A stretch of DNA of 64,000 nt from Lytechinus pictus (Eukaryota): contig NC_087251.1 in assembly GCF_037042905.1 (NCBI RefSeq), forward strand, positions 18,850,001 through 18,914,000, in the 5' to 3' direction. The position numbers were made by a program, and so were the translations under genes. Under the pieces are notes generated by a model, which had not been told where the DNA came from, made no database searches, and saw nothing but the letters and a program-made list of their open reading frames with translations. Every line of letters begins with the position of its first letter. The stretch's first letter is position 1. Shown one piece after another: positions 1-12,358 of the stretch.

Positions 1-1403
1 AAATGTACAGCATTTATCAAACCATGCTAATTTTAAATTTGCAATGTTGGTCAGGGGATCATCATGAAATCCCATAAAATCTCAGCAAACGTAATATTTT
101 GCTCAATTTCAATTGTAAGCGTATTGAACCTTGCATCCAATTTTCAATCACATTGAATAATGGCAAAAGCTCCAATTTTACTTCCAGGTCAAAGTTGTTA
201 CTCTACCCAAAATCTTGATTCATCTATTTTTATAGACTGAAGTTGGCAATCAGAATTTTGTGTGCTGTTTCTAGTTAAGAAAATAAATGCATTTTTGCTG
301 CAAATTCACATTGGTTTTGATTGCTAACTTCAGATCATCACCAAACTATTAAAGGCAAAGATTGAAATACCAAATGATGCAATCAATATCAAAGTAAAAG
401 AGCATTTAAAGGTCCAAAGTGACTGGCATTCAAGTGACAGATTTGATATGTGCTTACCCCAAAATAAGGGCTAAAGTAGGAAGCAAAAAAAGACACTATA
501 AGAGGAAGATGAGACACTCAATACAGCGTGTAATGAAATGCTCGGGGAAAGCGCCCAACAACGTTGAGAAAGTAGACAGTCACATATCACCATTTTGGGT
601 TGTGTACAAAACATATAAGAGAAATGTTGGAGGGATGAAGGAATAGACAATTTTTACATTTAACAGATTTTTTTCAATTTTTTTCCTCCAAAAATTAGAG
701 ATAAATAATGTTAGAGGTTTCTGGGAAAGAAGTGTGGAATTATCCACATGCGCAACCCTTGTACCTTCTCCCAAACCCCTCTCTCATGTGTTTTATACAT
801 AGCTGCTGTTGGGCGCCCTTCCTCATGAGCGAAATCGAGCGTTTCTAAAAATTGCCGAAGTGTCCGGTCTTCCCTTGTAGTGTCTTTGGTGCAAATCACT
901 GCCTTGTTACAAGGAAAAAAACTTTTATATCATTTACCCTGATTTGGAACAGCATTGAAAACGCGCTATTTTTGGTATATGTGGTGGTGATAAACATGGA
1001 AACATTACTTCGATTGACCATTGAGCTCTGTTTCTACGATTAAAATTGATAGAATCTATAGAATGCTCAATTTCACTGCAGAGTGCCCAAGTTTAAGTGA
1101 TGGCAAAATTTCCATTAAAAATAATTTTAATGGACAAGTATCCATACAGCAGGGTCCTTGTACACTATTAAAAGTGGATTTTAATCAAATTCAATTTTTA
1201 AATAAATGAGTTGCTGACATTAGCTATTTATTTCTAAAATAAATTTCATTTTATTAAATTGATAGATTTCAAATATAAATATTTGTACAAATATCAACTT
1301 TACTTTTACATCACACACAAATTTATGTGAAACCACAAAACCCTGAACATTTCTAATACCTAGTTCCCACTTTCACAATTCACGCCATGATAAATTTTTT
1401 TAA

Positions 1404-1821
1404 AGGACAAGTCCACCCCATCAAAAAATGGATTTGAATAAAAGAAGAAAAATCCAACAAGCATAACCCTGAAAATTTCATCAAGATCGGATGTAAAATA
1501 AGAAAGTTATGACATTTTAAAGTTTTGCTTAATTTCACAAAACAGTTATATGCACATCCTGGTCAGTATGCAAATAAGGAGACTGATGACGTCATCCACT
1601 CACTATTTCTTTTGTATTTTATTAGATGAAATATTCTAATTTTCTCCTTATTGTCAAGTGAAACAACGATGAAAATCCTCCTGAACATGTGGAATTAGCA
1701 TTGTTTAATACTATATGGTTCAGTCAAGTTGGTCCTTATTGTCAAATCTGTAAAAAATGAAATATTGTATAATTCAAACAATAAAAAACAATAAACATTT
1801 TTCTGGGGTGGACATTGACCT
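1404..1821. mobile_element. TTAA-flanked (Kolobok-like) MITE, family 1
   Basis: TTAA|AGGACAAGTCCACCCCA...TGGGGTGGACATTGACCT|TTAA; strong similarity to 30342-30935. Confidence 0.75.
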
Positions 1822-1909
1822 TTAATCATGGAGTATCGGATTTTAGAGATCAATCATGGCAATTGTACTGATCGCAGAAAAAAATTTAATAGTTCAAAAA
1901 TTCTTGCGA

Positions 1910-2800
1910 TCAGGTACCCATTTACCTCACCTTGGTTGAGTCATGGACCTATGAAAAGATGGACGATTAACACGAGCATTTCTTTGATCCAATGATAGTC
2001 ACCGTCACCTGGTTATGTGCATCTTAATGAGAACATACAGGTGTTGTAACAATGGCAATTACCATGACTACCAAGGGTATCTGATCACTCAAAGATGGAA
2101 CAGTTTCCCGGTCTTGATTTTTGTTGGCTGATACCCTGTTTCAGCATGTGCCTTTCAGTCAACATGCTTCATATGTGGAGCAGCAAACTTGAGAAGCAGA
2201 CGATTTTTATGATATAAAATAATATTATTCAATCCGCTAACTACCGCTCACACATAAGGACCTCAATAACATTGAGAGATACACGATCTATACATGCTAT
2301 GTGCCACGTATATCTGGAAAATTATGGAGAAACTTGGGAAAATTGAATTTTAAATGGTAAACAATCAATCACAATATTGCCTCTATATTAAAATATGCAG
2401 ACATTTCCCCAAATAAAACACATGGAACTAAGATTAACAAAGGTAAACAAAAACTGCACATCGATTTTTCATTATTTCATTGATTTGTTATCAACTGCGC
2501 ATATAATTTGTGAAATATAAATGTCCAATCATAAAAATGCTTCAGTCCCTTCTCACGGTGATGATCATAGGACCAAAGAATACTAGTACGAAGAGAATGT
2601 TATTCAGATGACAATTACAGTCACCTGTTAGTGAATTCATTATCTAAGCGATGAATGTCCATCTCTTCATAGGTCCATGGTTGAGTGCAGCACATTGTGG
2701 ATAAATTTCTTGCTGAAGGAAAATACACCATTGCTGGGATTTGAACCCACAACCCTCCGTTTCAAAGTCTGGAGACTTGGCCACAATGCTCCACATAACG
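1910..2800 (-). mobile_element. tRNA-derived SINE split by the TIR element
   Basis: Head at ~2690-2795 with B-box GGTTCAAATCCC on the minus strand; body continues at 1910-1941 (GGTGAGGTAAATGGGTACCTG). Confidence 0.7.
1942..2679. mobile_element. Non-autonomous TIR element (P-element-like) nested in a SINE
   Basis: 23-bp TIR CATGGACCTATGAA(A/G)AGATGGAC with 7-bp TSD GTTGAGT at 1935-1941 and 2680-2686. Confidence 0.85.
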
Positions 2801-3040
2801 ATACAATCTCTAATATTCAAATGTCTTCCAGTATTTGGCACATGGTCATTTCATATAAAATATTTATATAAATTTGTAAATTCATATATATTTTAAATAA
2901 AAAAAGACAATTGTCATTTATCATCTAAATACAGTACTTATAAGTACTACTAGTTAATAACAGATGTTCAAACAAATTATCAGTATTTAATATTTGTCCA
3001 ATTTCCAACCCATCCATTCTACAAATGCCCGGACTTATAT

Positions 3041-3130
3041 GTTTAGCCAGAATTCTATTTCGCATCAGGCAGTGACTCCCACAGAAGTGGTTTTTGTTAG
3101 AGCCGTCATAAGTTCAAACTTTGGCTAGAC
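3041..3130 (-). promoter_or_regulatory. Candidate SECIS element (type 2-like) in the SelL 3' UTR
   Basis: Minus strand: gtctagccaaagtt..ATGAcggctctaacAAAAAccac-ttct-gtgggagtcactgccTGATg..aattctggctaaac. Fits ATGA-N11/12-AA-N25/26-GA, with an apical mini-stem CCAC/GTGG and a lower helix tagcca/tggcta. Helix II has several mismatches. Confidence 0.7.
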
Positions 3131-4323
3131 ATACAAATAAGGTGCCATGAAGAATGAATTTGGGATGTGTCATACAAATGAAAAAGTTTGTACATTCTCA
3201 AATAATGGAAAATACAATCATATTGGGACATGAAAATTGCATAGATACTCAAAACTTTCCCTTCAACTAAAACCCTGAGTTGAAAATTTATAATTCCCTG
3301 TGAGGAAAATCTGACAGATAATTAAATGAATACAGGTCAACTTGAGTAACCTTTCAAGAACTGAAAGATTTGGTACATTGGGTAAATCCAATGACTTCAT
3401 ATTTCTATGAAGGGGATTCTTTGATACATACCAAGCATTACTCATTTATTGCACATGCTTCAATTATCTAGGTTATGAAATATATCAACTCTTACAATAA
3501 GACAAGACAAGTTCAATTCATAGAAAATGTTAGCACATAAGAAAAAATGAAAGAAAATACTAAATTCTATGTTTAAGTAGTGGTAACTTGCAGAGGTATT
3601 ACAATTTAATATACCCATATTACTGCACATTGAATGAACACTATGCTGGTTAATATCACAGTCTTATCACCAATTACAAGACATCGATCTAAATATGCAG
3701 CTCTCCTCATATTAAAGTATGGGTGACTTCAGGTTCAGTTGTTGAAAGCTGGTGTTTGTGTTGAAGTTATTTCACTCTAGCCATTAAACTTGATATGAGG
3801 TTGGAGTTCACTGCTTAGACTAAAACTGCTCAGTATTGAGTTATCAAAAACCTTTATAGTGCTGACTTGATTGGTATCACTTTTGTAAACAAAAATCGGG
3901 AGATAGATCAGGCAACAAAATTCATGCTTTCACCAATACGAATCTTGAAATCACCCAATAGGTACTGAAAATATACTTTACACTGGAATACTTCTAAGCC
4001 TAAAGGAATCACAAAAGTAGAATGGAGATTAACAGTGCAAAAAACAAATTATTGTACATGTTGCCAATATCAAAGAATCACAAAACAATTTTCTTACATC
4101 ATCCTCTAATTTGGTTGTTTCTTTATTTTTCACTTCCCTTAATACCTTTTTGGTTAATAGCTAAGACACAAATGCATTTAAGATACAGTTAACTTTCTAT
4201 TGGTACTTGCTCAATATCCATGTTTAATTCCAATTATTGGAAATAAAATTTGGAAGTGATTAGATTTTGTTCCTGAGTACAGGATTTGTTCCTAACATTA
4301 TTTAGAAAGCTCGGGACGGAAGT

Positions 4324-4362
4324 TTATGCGCTATCTTCAACTTGATCTTTTAAGTCCATTTT
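4324..4362 (-). CDS. SELENOL: SelL terminal coding exon (KMDLKDQVEDSA*)
   Basis: Long polypyrimidine tract plus caacAG acceptor; TAA at 4326-4324. Confidence 0.7.
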   Translation of the reverse strand, partial: KMDLKDQVEDSA

Positions 4363-7300
4363 CTGTTGAAAAAGAAAGAAAAAAATAGATAATCAAAGTA
4401 ACAGGTTTGATCACAGAGAATTTAAAGCAAGGTAATATACTATACTAAAAACAACTCATCTTGCTACATCATCAATCTATGCACAAGAGTTACAAAAGAA
4501 TGTCTATTTATAAGCTTTAATTTGTCAATATTTTGTTAAGATTCATACCCTACACCCTATATGTTGGGCATTTCTGAAATGATTTCTGTAATGCTTTTGA
4601 ATTATCATGGTCAAGAATTCGGTGAGCAAAGTAAGAAAAGAGAAAAACGAGGGTCAGACATACAAAACTTGATTATATCATGGAATTACCAATCATGAAA
4701 ACAATAAGGTGTCTGATCAGTTTCATGACATTTGCTCCCGCGACAATTGCTCCGCTCTAAATTCCACACACTAATCGAATTGCCATCTTCAACCTTGGGT
4801 TCAACATTATACCCTACCCTAAACCGAACATAAAACCGTATTGCAACCCTAACCCTACATCTTAAGACGAAATCAAACCCGAAGCAATTGTCACAGGAGC
4901 AAATGTTGTGTCACCCTCTGATCATCTACCAATATTAGACCTCAGGTAACCAGCTTAATATGTACATTCCTGTATAATAGTTTTTGTGTGTGTGTGGATG
5001 AAACACTGGTGCAATTAGACTGATCCTAAATATGATTAATACAAATAAAGTACATGTACCTTGATGGCTTGGAGGAGTTCATCTACAGATGGTCTATCTT
5101 GGGGTGATTTACTGCAGTGCACAAAGGATACAATGCCCATGGGATTCAGGATGAAATCACCACCCATCTACAGGAGATGAAGAAAAAAAGAGATGAATAA
5201 CAGTAATATCTCAGAATGGGAGTCTGATGTATTCATATTTCCTTGTACCATCCTAAGAATCATATGATCACTATAGACCAATTCAGTTTAGATGCTGTTT
5301 TTATGGAAATTTCTAACTTCCTGGATATATTTCAAAAGTATTGACAACACAACAATGCACCATGCTCATTGCATAGTCCATTTGAAGTGTTTTTGTTCTT
5401 TTGAAGTCTGAAAGTTATGGTTGCCATCGGTTACAGTACTTTGAAGACAATTCATCTGTATGATCTCAATACAAATGACTTACCTGATTTGGATCATCCT
5501 CTACGTTGTCTAGTTTCTTCGGCAATACAGTCCCAATAGCCTTCTGCTCAGCATAGTACAACATAGAACTGATCTGCCAAACCTTGGATATGGACACCTG
5601 TAGGCCAAACGTCTTGTAAATCTGATAGGAAGAAATAAAAAGCAGGACAGTATTTCATGAGAGTGATCGTACAGTTAGAAATGACAGGAATATGAAGAGA
5701 AACAAGAATAAGAGTTCAGAATTTATATTGATGTTTAAAAGATGGATGCACTAAATCGTTCAAAAATTTGGGAGGTGGTTAGGGTGATTCCCGTAAGTGA
5801 GGTGAATCCAGAAACACCATCCTAAATCGTGTAAAATCATGATATTATGTTGAAATAATTGTGCAAATTCTATATGATAATCATTAAGGAAATTCATAGC
5901 AAAATACCAAATTGCAACTGAGGGAAACAGAGATCAACAAGTTGGTTAGTAGGTGTGGAACATACAATTCTGATTGTACAAACTGACAATAATTGCAACC
6001 TACCATCCTCTCTTCATCCGTCACCATATCAAATGGACATCCAGTCACATCTAACCAGTGAAGTGCACCCTCTTGTGAGCCAAACGAGACAATCAAGACA
6101 AGACCTCCAGCCTCCTTGACTTCTTGGTACCGTCTCTCTAGTTCGGCTACGTGGGTGCGTCACGGAAGTCAGGCAAAGTGTCGGAGTAGAATAAGGAGAA
6201 CATGGCTTGTACCATCCAGGTATGTAGCCAATGTTGACATTCTGTAGGCATGATCAAGCAAGCATAAAGGTTGATAGCACAAAAATATCTATGAACTCTT
6301 GGTACAATCGTGTACCATATATTGTCTTGCAAAGAAACCTACCAACTTAAAGTTTCACCTTTAAACAGGAGACCAAGTCAAAATACTAAACTTGGACTTA
6401 AGTACCTATCACATATCTGTCTAACTGACTTCTGTTTCCACGCCAGAGTGGTCAGAAATATAGTTAGTACTTTATATATCAAATTTTAAAACTCATTCTA
6501 GAGTATAGACTATGGGTTATTGGAATCCATGCTTATTTGATCAGCTACAACTATGGCAACATTTACATAATTCTTTATTTTTCTTAAATTTTACATGACA
6601 TGCATGTAGCAGAAAATGAATAATGCTTTTAAAAGTCTGAAATTTGCCGATTTGTGACAGTGATTCTGGAGTTTCCAAAACATTGCAAATTAAAGGGTTT
6701 CTGTCACTTTTTTCTAAAGCATTCAATTAAACAAAACTTATGCAACAATAATGGGCTCAATATAAAAGGAAATTTCGATCCATTTCTTCTGATGTATTTG
6801 TAGGAATTACCTATGCTCTACATTATAAGTTAGATGATGAACCCACAAATTGTGGCCACTTCATCTTCAATAGCTTGATTATAAATTTGAAATAAACAGA
6901 TGTACAGAAATCAAATATAATAACATGATGAAGATAACAATTTTGGCCTTATTCAAATTATTCTGAAATTCATAATAATGGTCATTTAAATGACCAGTAC
7001 AGTATGGGGGGAAAATTATAACTATACATTAAATTCAGGACTCGTATCAGTAAGGACTTTATATATGAAAAAATATTCTTTTTTTTCACAGACACTTTAT
7101 CAACATAGTCAGATAGAGAAATATAATGCAAGACTTCTTATCTCAATTTTACAGAGTACAATATCGAAACTACATGTAGGCTGGGATAAAAAAATTAGCC
7201 AATAACAACAACAAATCAGCCGTGCGTTTAATAATGAAAGGGTAGTAGTTAAGAGTCAAAATAAGTAATAAAAACTCACATTCCACTCCTTACATTCTTC

Positions 7301-10300
7301 ACCATCAGTTCACATGGTCCTTGGGATCCTACAATAAGGGAAGAATGTGTCTCATCAGGGCCAGTGATCTGCTTTTGGACCCTTTCTAGGAAATCATCCC
7401 ATTCACCCTGTATACAATATAAAATTTCCATTCATTTTGTTGGCAGTACTTTTTCACATTTAAACATCTATAATATAAAGATATATGTGTATGTGTCATC
7501 AGACATCATCAGAAAGCATTCAAGTATGTAAATTGTATAGATTTACGAAAGAAATAACCAAACAATGAAATGTGATAGATGAATAGTGGTGCCTCCAACC
7601 AACCGAATCAATAGATAATGAAACCCAGAACTTTTATCGTCTCTAACAGAAATACATAAATCTTAGAAGCATATTAGTGAAAGTCTTATGAAAAAAAAAA
7701 GCAGACACTATAAAAACGAGATCAGATCATTGACATATTCAATAGGGCTTAAATTAATGGATGCCCTATTGATTGGGCCTCTATACCCCACTCACTGGTC
7801 TTGTATATTATTGGGGCCCATTTTGTTTTTTAGCCATATGTGTGCTGTATTATAGAAATTTGCAGTAGGGGGCATCTTACTGGACTTGCAACTAGTTTGT
7901 GACTAGTTTGCCACTCCAGCTTTGGCTAGTTGCAGATGTCTCTGCAACGTCTCTGAGAAATCTCCAATTATGAAATAAATCACATAATAATGAAATAAAT
8001 GACAGAAGTGGAAAAATATTTCTAATTGCTTTAAGGGTATCTGGCAAATTCTTAGAGACCTACCTCAAGCTCTTCTAAGTCTGAGACAGCATTTTGGACA
8101 GGTGGGTGGTGGAAATGACGCTTGAAGATGGTTTCTAGATCTGAACGACTAACAATGTTCAAACTGAAATAAATCATCAAAGAAGATTATAAGTATTCAT
8201 TGTGTGGTATAGTCATATTTATCTTGAAGGCTTATTATGTAATAAAGGGTATTCTATCGGCCTTTCTATTTTTATAGATCAAAGGATGACAAAAGAAGGC
8301 CTTTGTTGCAAAACTTATAGTTTTCTTGGTCTCCTTAAAGAAAAAAAAAATGGGTTCTGAAACCCTTACAGAAAGGCCACTATTTCATGATAACTGTCTG
8401 CCTGTGTTTTAGGGTGTGCACAGAAATTATATCTTCTTAATGATGGATCATTGTATAAATCTGTCTCCCTTGGAACTAATCATGTTGGAGATCCTTTACA
8501 TGTTTTCATTCTCCTATGGTCACACTAAGACGAAGTTTATGCATAGAAAAGACTCCCTACTTCAAAACTGTCATAGTAATTGTCCCCCTTAAATTAATCC
8601 CTTTGTACACACAAAAAAAGATTGAGCTCTGTCACACCTTTAATATCTGGATGAGCCCTAAAAAGTGGGTACTCCCAGAATATAGCCTACAAGAATGAGA
8701 GAAAAGGGGGCATTCATACATTCCTACAGTATATTCAACTAAGACTAACAAATGGGGGATGGGGGAATTACATACACCACAAGGGGGGTGCTATCTGTGT
8801 ACAAATAACCAAATGTAAATAACAATCTGTCACTTTTTCTCTCAAAAGAAATGGAGGCCTATATCAAGCCCCTGAAAAGAACTTAACCTATTTCCACGCA
8901 ACTTCCAATGGGGCTAGGGGGCACATGGGGAGGGGGCCACTACATACAAAATGATACTATCGGTGTTTAAAAAAATGGATGGAAAAGAGGAATGTTCCTC
9001 CTGTGCTCCACCCCATCAATCTTTGCTTGATTTAGAATACTGAAAAAAAAAGATTATTCTCTTTGAAAGTATGTACCGGTATTGCAATACCAAGCAGGAA
9101 AATTAGCCAACATGAAGATTCTTTGGCAAAGATTATAGTTTTTTTTTGTCTTTCTCAAATGATACAATTTCAGGGGGTGTCATAGTACAAAGGTTGTAGC
9201 TCCAAACTTCGAATTATGTTGACAAATCCAGGATATTATTTTCATGGTCAACTAAGCATAACAGTACGGATATCACAAAGCAAGCATGAGCAGTCTTGCA
9301 TAAAGAACAATACTGTCCCAGACAGTTTAAAACACCTAAACAATTAAATTTACCCTATAAACTCAGGTAGGCAAGGTTTAATAAACATCAACATGTAATG
9401 TGGAAACAGCAGGTGCATGAGAATGGAAATGTGAACTAGTATTAAACTTTTCACCTAAAACTATGATTTAGTACAGTGCTTCAATGTTTCTCAATGCATA
9501 GCTAATTTCAGTGGCATTTCACAGCTTTATTTTCTTTTTATTCCAGATCTGAATTTATTCTATTGAAATAAAACCTTTTCTCTGAATTCAGGATGGCTCT
9601 CCCCTTTAACTTTTGAATAAATTCACTTTGAATACAAAACATCCATCCTCGATATTATATATCATTAAGTGACAGGTTGAAAAAATATATACTTTTCGAT
9701 AAGATAGCTTCTTGGGGGAAATCAAATGGGATGAGCTATAATATGTCAGCTGTTATGTAGATTATGCTATTTTGTCAAACTGCATTAAAAATGTTTTCTG
9801 CTGGATCTTGCAATCTAATGAAGCTCAGAGGTCAGATGTAACTGACAGATTTCTGATGAAAATTCAACAATGAAACATTATTAAAATAAAACGTCAGAAT
9901 TTAGAAACTCACATACCACAGCTTTATGTGTTACTTTGTATATGATACTAATGATAATGATCATAACCATATCGAATGACAAGTGTTATGGTATGACAAT
10001 TATGAAAACATCTGTGAACCTCTGTAAGAGATTTAATAGATGAATTCTAAATTCTTTACTTTCTATAATTACATTCCATCCATTGTCTCATTTTTAAACT
10101 TCCTTGACCTGTTTTGTCATTAGCTCCTCTGTTATTAGTTCAGATTTCATGCTGTCTGGGTTTAAGGACCAACATGAATACCAGTATGTGTTTGAACATA
10201 CAATGTTACAAGTTCAATAGAGTTCAGTCTTATGTGAAGTGAATGTACATGTATATCTGACGGCAATGAATGAAGGTTGCTGATTCATGATGGACACATG

Positions 10301-11764
10301 TAAATAACAGATTATCTACAATTTGAATGTTGCTAAAATACAGCATTTTCAGAAATTTGGTTATGTTAGCAAGAAATCTGAGAGAAAGCAATATAAACCA
10401 ACTGCCGACTGATTTCTTTTGCAGTAGAGATTTTGATTAGAATCATCTTTTGGTTTTCATGAAGGCAGCTATGCAGAAAAAGTGTAGTTTGTCTTTACAT
10501 ATGGCGGAAAGTAAATGATTAATTTTGTGAATACACTCTCCACGCCAATCTTATGTTACCGGACTTGAAAGTGAAACTAATTAACAAATCAATTATTTTA
10601 ATAAAAATGACAGGGAAGGGGAATGAGGGATAGTGAGATAGGGAGAAAGTAAGGGATAGGAGGGAGGGAGGAGAGAAGGGAAAAGGGGTCTTCACACACC
10701 TCGTGAAAAGAGAGTAGTAAATTCCAATTGCCCGACCAAGTTGAGAAATGCCCATTTCTGCAACATCTTGCATAGTATCTGTTTGTGGGAGTAATTATTA
10801 GAGAAAACAATTGTTAGCTTGAAAAGAAAATTTAATGTTTCTTAACCCCACCCACCTCCTCCCCCAATATATCATATAAAATTAAATGAAAAAGAAGAGG
10901 GGGGTGATCAAAAGTTCACCTTCAACAGAAACCAACAAGTCAGTAATTTTATTCTGGCATTTTCAAAACTAGATTGGAAGAATCAGGGTGATAGCTTTAA
11001 AGTGACTACATGCTTCATCTCCTTTGAAATAAGACCAAAAACAAGATAAAGTCAGATTATTTTCTTGAATAAAAGAGTCAAATGGGTGACACACATTGAG
11101 AGCAGTGAAGCCTGTAGACCTATGTACTAAGTACCCATTGCATTAAAAGTAGAATAAAAAAAAACCTGTGGTAAACAACTAAACATATGACTGGATTATT
11201 GGATATAGCTCATACTTGGTGGAAAGTTAGGCAAATTTGTTTTATAATGGCTGCCTGCCATAGCATCTAACATAGTTGAAAAAAAAATGCATGGGTTACA
11301 ATCAATAAAGAGAGTGATGAATAGAATCACAACAAAATAATATCTTCCTGTTCTTACAGCAGGCAGATATGCAGCGAAAATATTTTTCTAATTATGGTCC
11401 GAAATATAGATTCTTCAAAGAAAAACCTATTAAAAAAATGCCTGATTCATTTTTCTTTTTCTTTAAGGGCAGAAAATGAACTTTCAAGAAACGTCATCAT
11501 ATGATGTGTTGCACTGAATAAATATGGGGAATCTAAGCTTTACAAATAAGTGTACAATTATTATCAATCATATTGTGATCTTTGGTTAACAACAAAGTTA
11601 TTTGGAATAGCAATTTGCTGTTTGAAACACAGCCTTGGTATAATGCAATGCAATCAGAAAAAGGTGTCACCTTTGACCCTGGACTTGACTCCGTCCAGTA
11701 GCTCCTCAAGTTGTTTAGTGTGCTGTTCAAGAACAGACACCAACTGTCTATTTTCATCTGCCAT
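4324..11764 (-). CDS. SELENOL: Selenoprotein L (SelL), thioredoxin/AhpC-TSA-like fold with UxxU motif; spliced CDS of 8 exons, 924 nt, 307 aa
   Basis: Manual splice of 11764-11671, 10778-10700, 8163-8064, 7407-7280, 6241-6004, 5621-5484, 5167-5060, 4362-4324. All introns are GT-AG with compatible phases (1,2,0,2,0,0,0). Product: MADENRQLVS...LEELEGEWDDFLERV...HVLLILLRHFA-U-LP-U-RTHVAELE...VLIVSFGSQEGALHWLDVTGCPFDMVTDEERMIYKTFGL...DDPNQMGGDFILNPMGIVSFVHCSKSPQDRPSVDELL...VEDSA*. These motifs match the SelL family as I recall it. Confidence 0.95.
4722..4916. mobile_element. Small MITE with CCCTAA-like internal repeats in the last SelL intron
   Basis: Inverted ACATTTGCTCC / GGAGCAAATGT subtermini flanking AACCCTAACCCTA. 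Confidence 0.55.
5060..5167 (-). CDS. SELENOL: SelL coding exon 7 (MGGDFILNPMGIVSFVHCSKSPQDRPSVDELLQAIK)
   Basis: ctcctgtAG acceptor, AAG|GTac donor, 108 nt; QxGGDF...DRP motif of AhpC/TSA-like proteins. Confidence 0.94.
5484..5621 (-). CDS. SELENOL: SelL coding exon 6 (IYKTFGLQVSISKVWQ...DDPNQ)
   Basis: cctatcAG acceptor, CAG|GTaagt donor, 138 nt, phase 0-0. Confidence 0.93.
6004..6241 (-). CDS. SELENOL: SelL active-site exon with two in-frame TGA (Sec) codons at 6171-6169 and 6162-6160 (RHFAULPUR)
   Basis: Minus strand reads CGA CAC TTT GCC TGA CTT CCG TGA CGC ACC CAC. The frame is otherwise open on both sides; 238 nt, phase 2 to 0. Confidence 0.96.
7280..7407 (-). CDS. SELENOL: SelL coding exon 4 (GEWDDFLERVQKQ...KNVRSG)
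   Basis: tatacAG acceptor, |GTgagt donor, 128 nt, phase 0 to 2; EWDxFL motif. Confidence 0.92.
8064..8163 (-). CDS. SELENOL: SelL coding exon 3 (LNIVSRSDLETIFKRHFHHPPVQNAVSDLEELE)
   Basis: ttatttcAG acceptor, GAG|GTagg donor, 100 nt, phase 2 to 0. Confidence 0.9.
10700..10778 (-). CDS. SELENOL: SelL coding exon 2 (DTMQDVAEMGISQLGRAIGIYYSLFTS)
   Basis: cacaaacAG acceptor, GAG|GTgtgt donor, 79 nt, phase 1 to 2. Confidence 0.85.
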
Positions 11765-11831
11765 AGCTCTATCAAGGAGTGAAGAACACCACAATCGGAA
11801 CCACAAGCATTTCAAGAATCTTGTAAACTTC
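11671..11831 (-). CDS. SELENOL: SelL first coding exon (ATG at 11764; MADENRQLVSVLEQHTKQLEELLDGVKSRVK-)
   Basis: Acceptor ...cattgacAG before 11831; donor AAG|GTgaca at 11670; ends phase 1, matching the next exon. Confidence 0.8.
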
Positions 11832-12358
11832 CTGTCAATGCATAAAACATAAGAATTAAGGTAATAAACTAGAATTGGCAATCAAATTTAGTCAATGTTT
11901 TAATGCCAGCTGATTATATATACAAAGAATGTCCTAATTTATGGAGAGCACTTTTTTTAAAGGATTCATCCTCATAAGTATACTGTTGATGCAAACATAC
12001 CTGACATACCAATTGCCCCTTTCTATGAATAAGGGACAAGAGGGCTGTTGTAATCTTGTGGAATATTCACAAGCAGTTTCAATCTTTGAATGAAAATAAA
12101 TAAATCTTTAAACAAATGAGTGAAAGATGCAATCAAGTTAATAGTTATTACTTTTATAATATAAAGGCCCTACATGTAATTCTTACCCATTTTGTTTGCA
12201 CTAACATCAATTCACTTCTCATACATGAAATGCGAAGAAAATCTTAATAGAACTTACTTTTATCAACCAAAGCTTCTAGACCTACAAGTATTTGAAGGGT
12301 TCCATACAACAAACAATACTGAGAGTCCAACATGAACAAAAAAGATTGAATCTTCATA

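Noticed and set aside
2140..2175. Second SECIS-like hairpin (AUGAAGCAUGU...AAA...ACAUGCUGAA) on the minus strand
   Set aside because: Only ~11 nt between AA and GA, too short for a canonical SECIS, and it lies inside a MITE.
6160..6171. Two in-frame TGA stops read as pseudogenisation
   Set aside because: They occupy exactly the redox x-x-spaced positions, all other exons are intact and a SECIS candidate exists; Sec recoding is far more likely.
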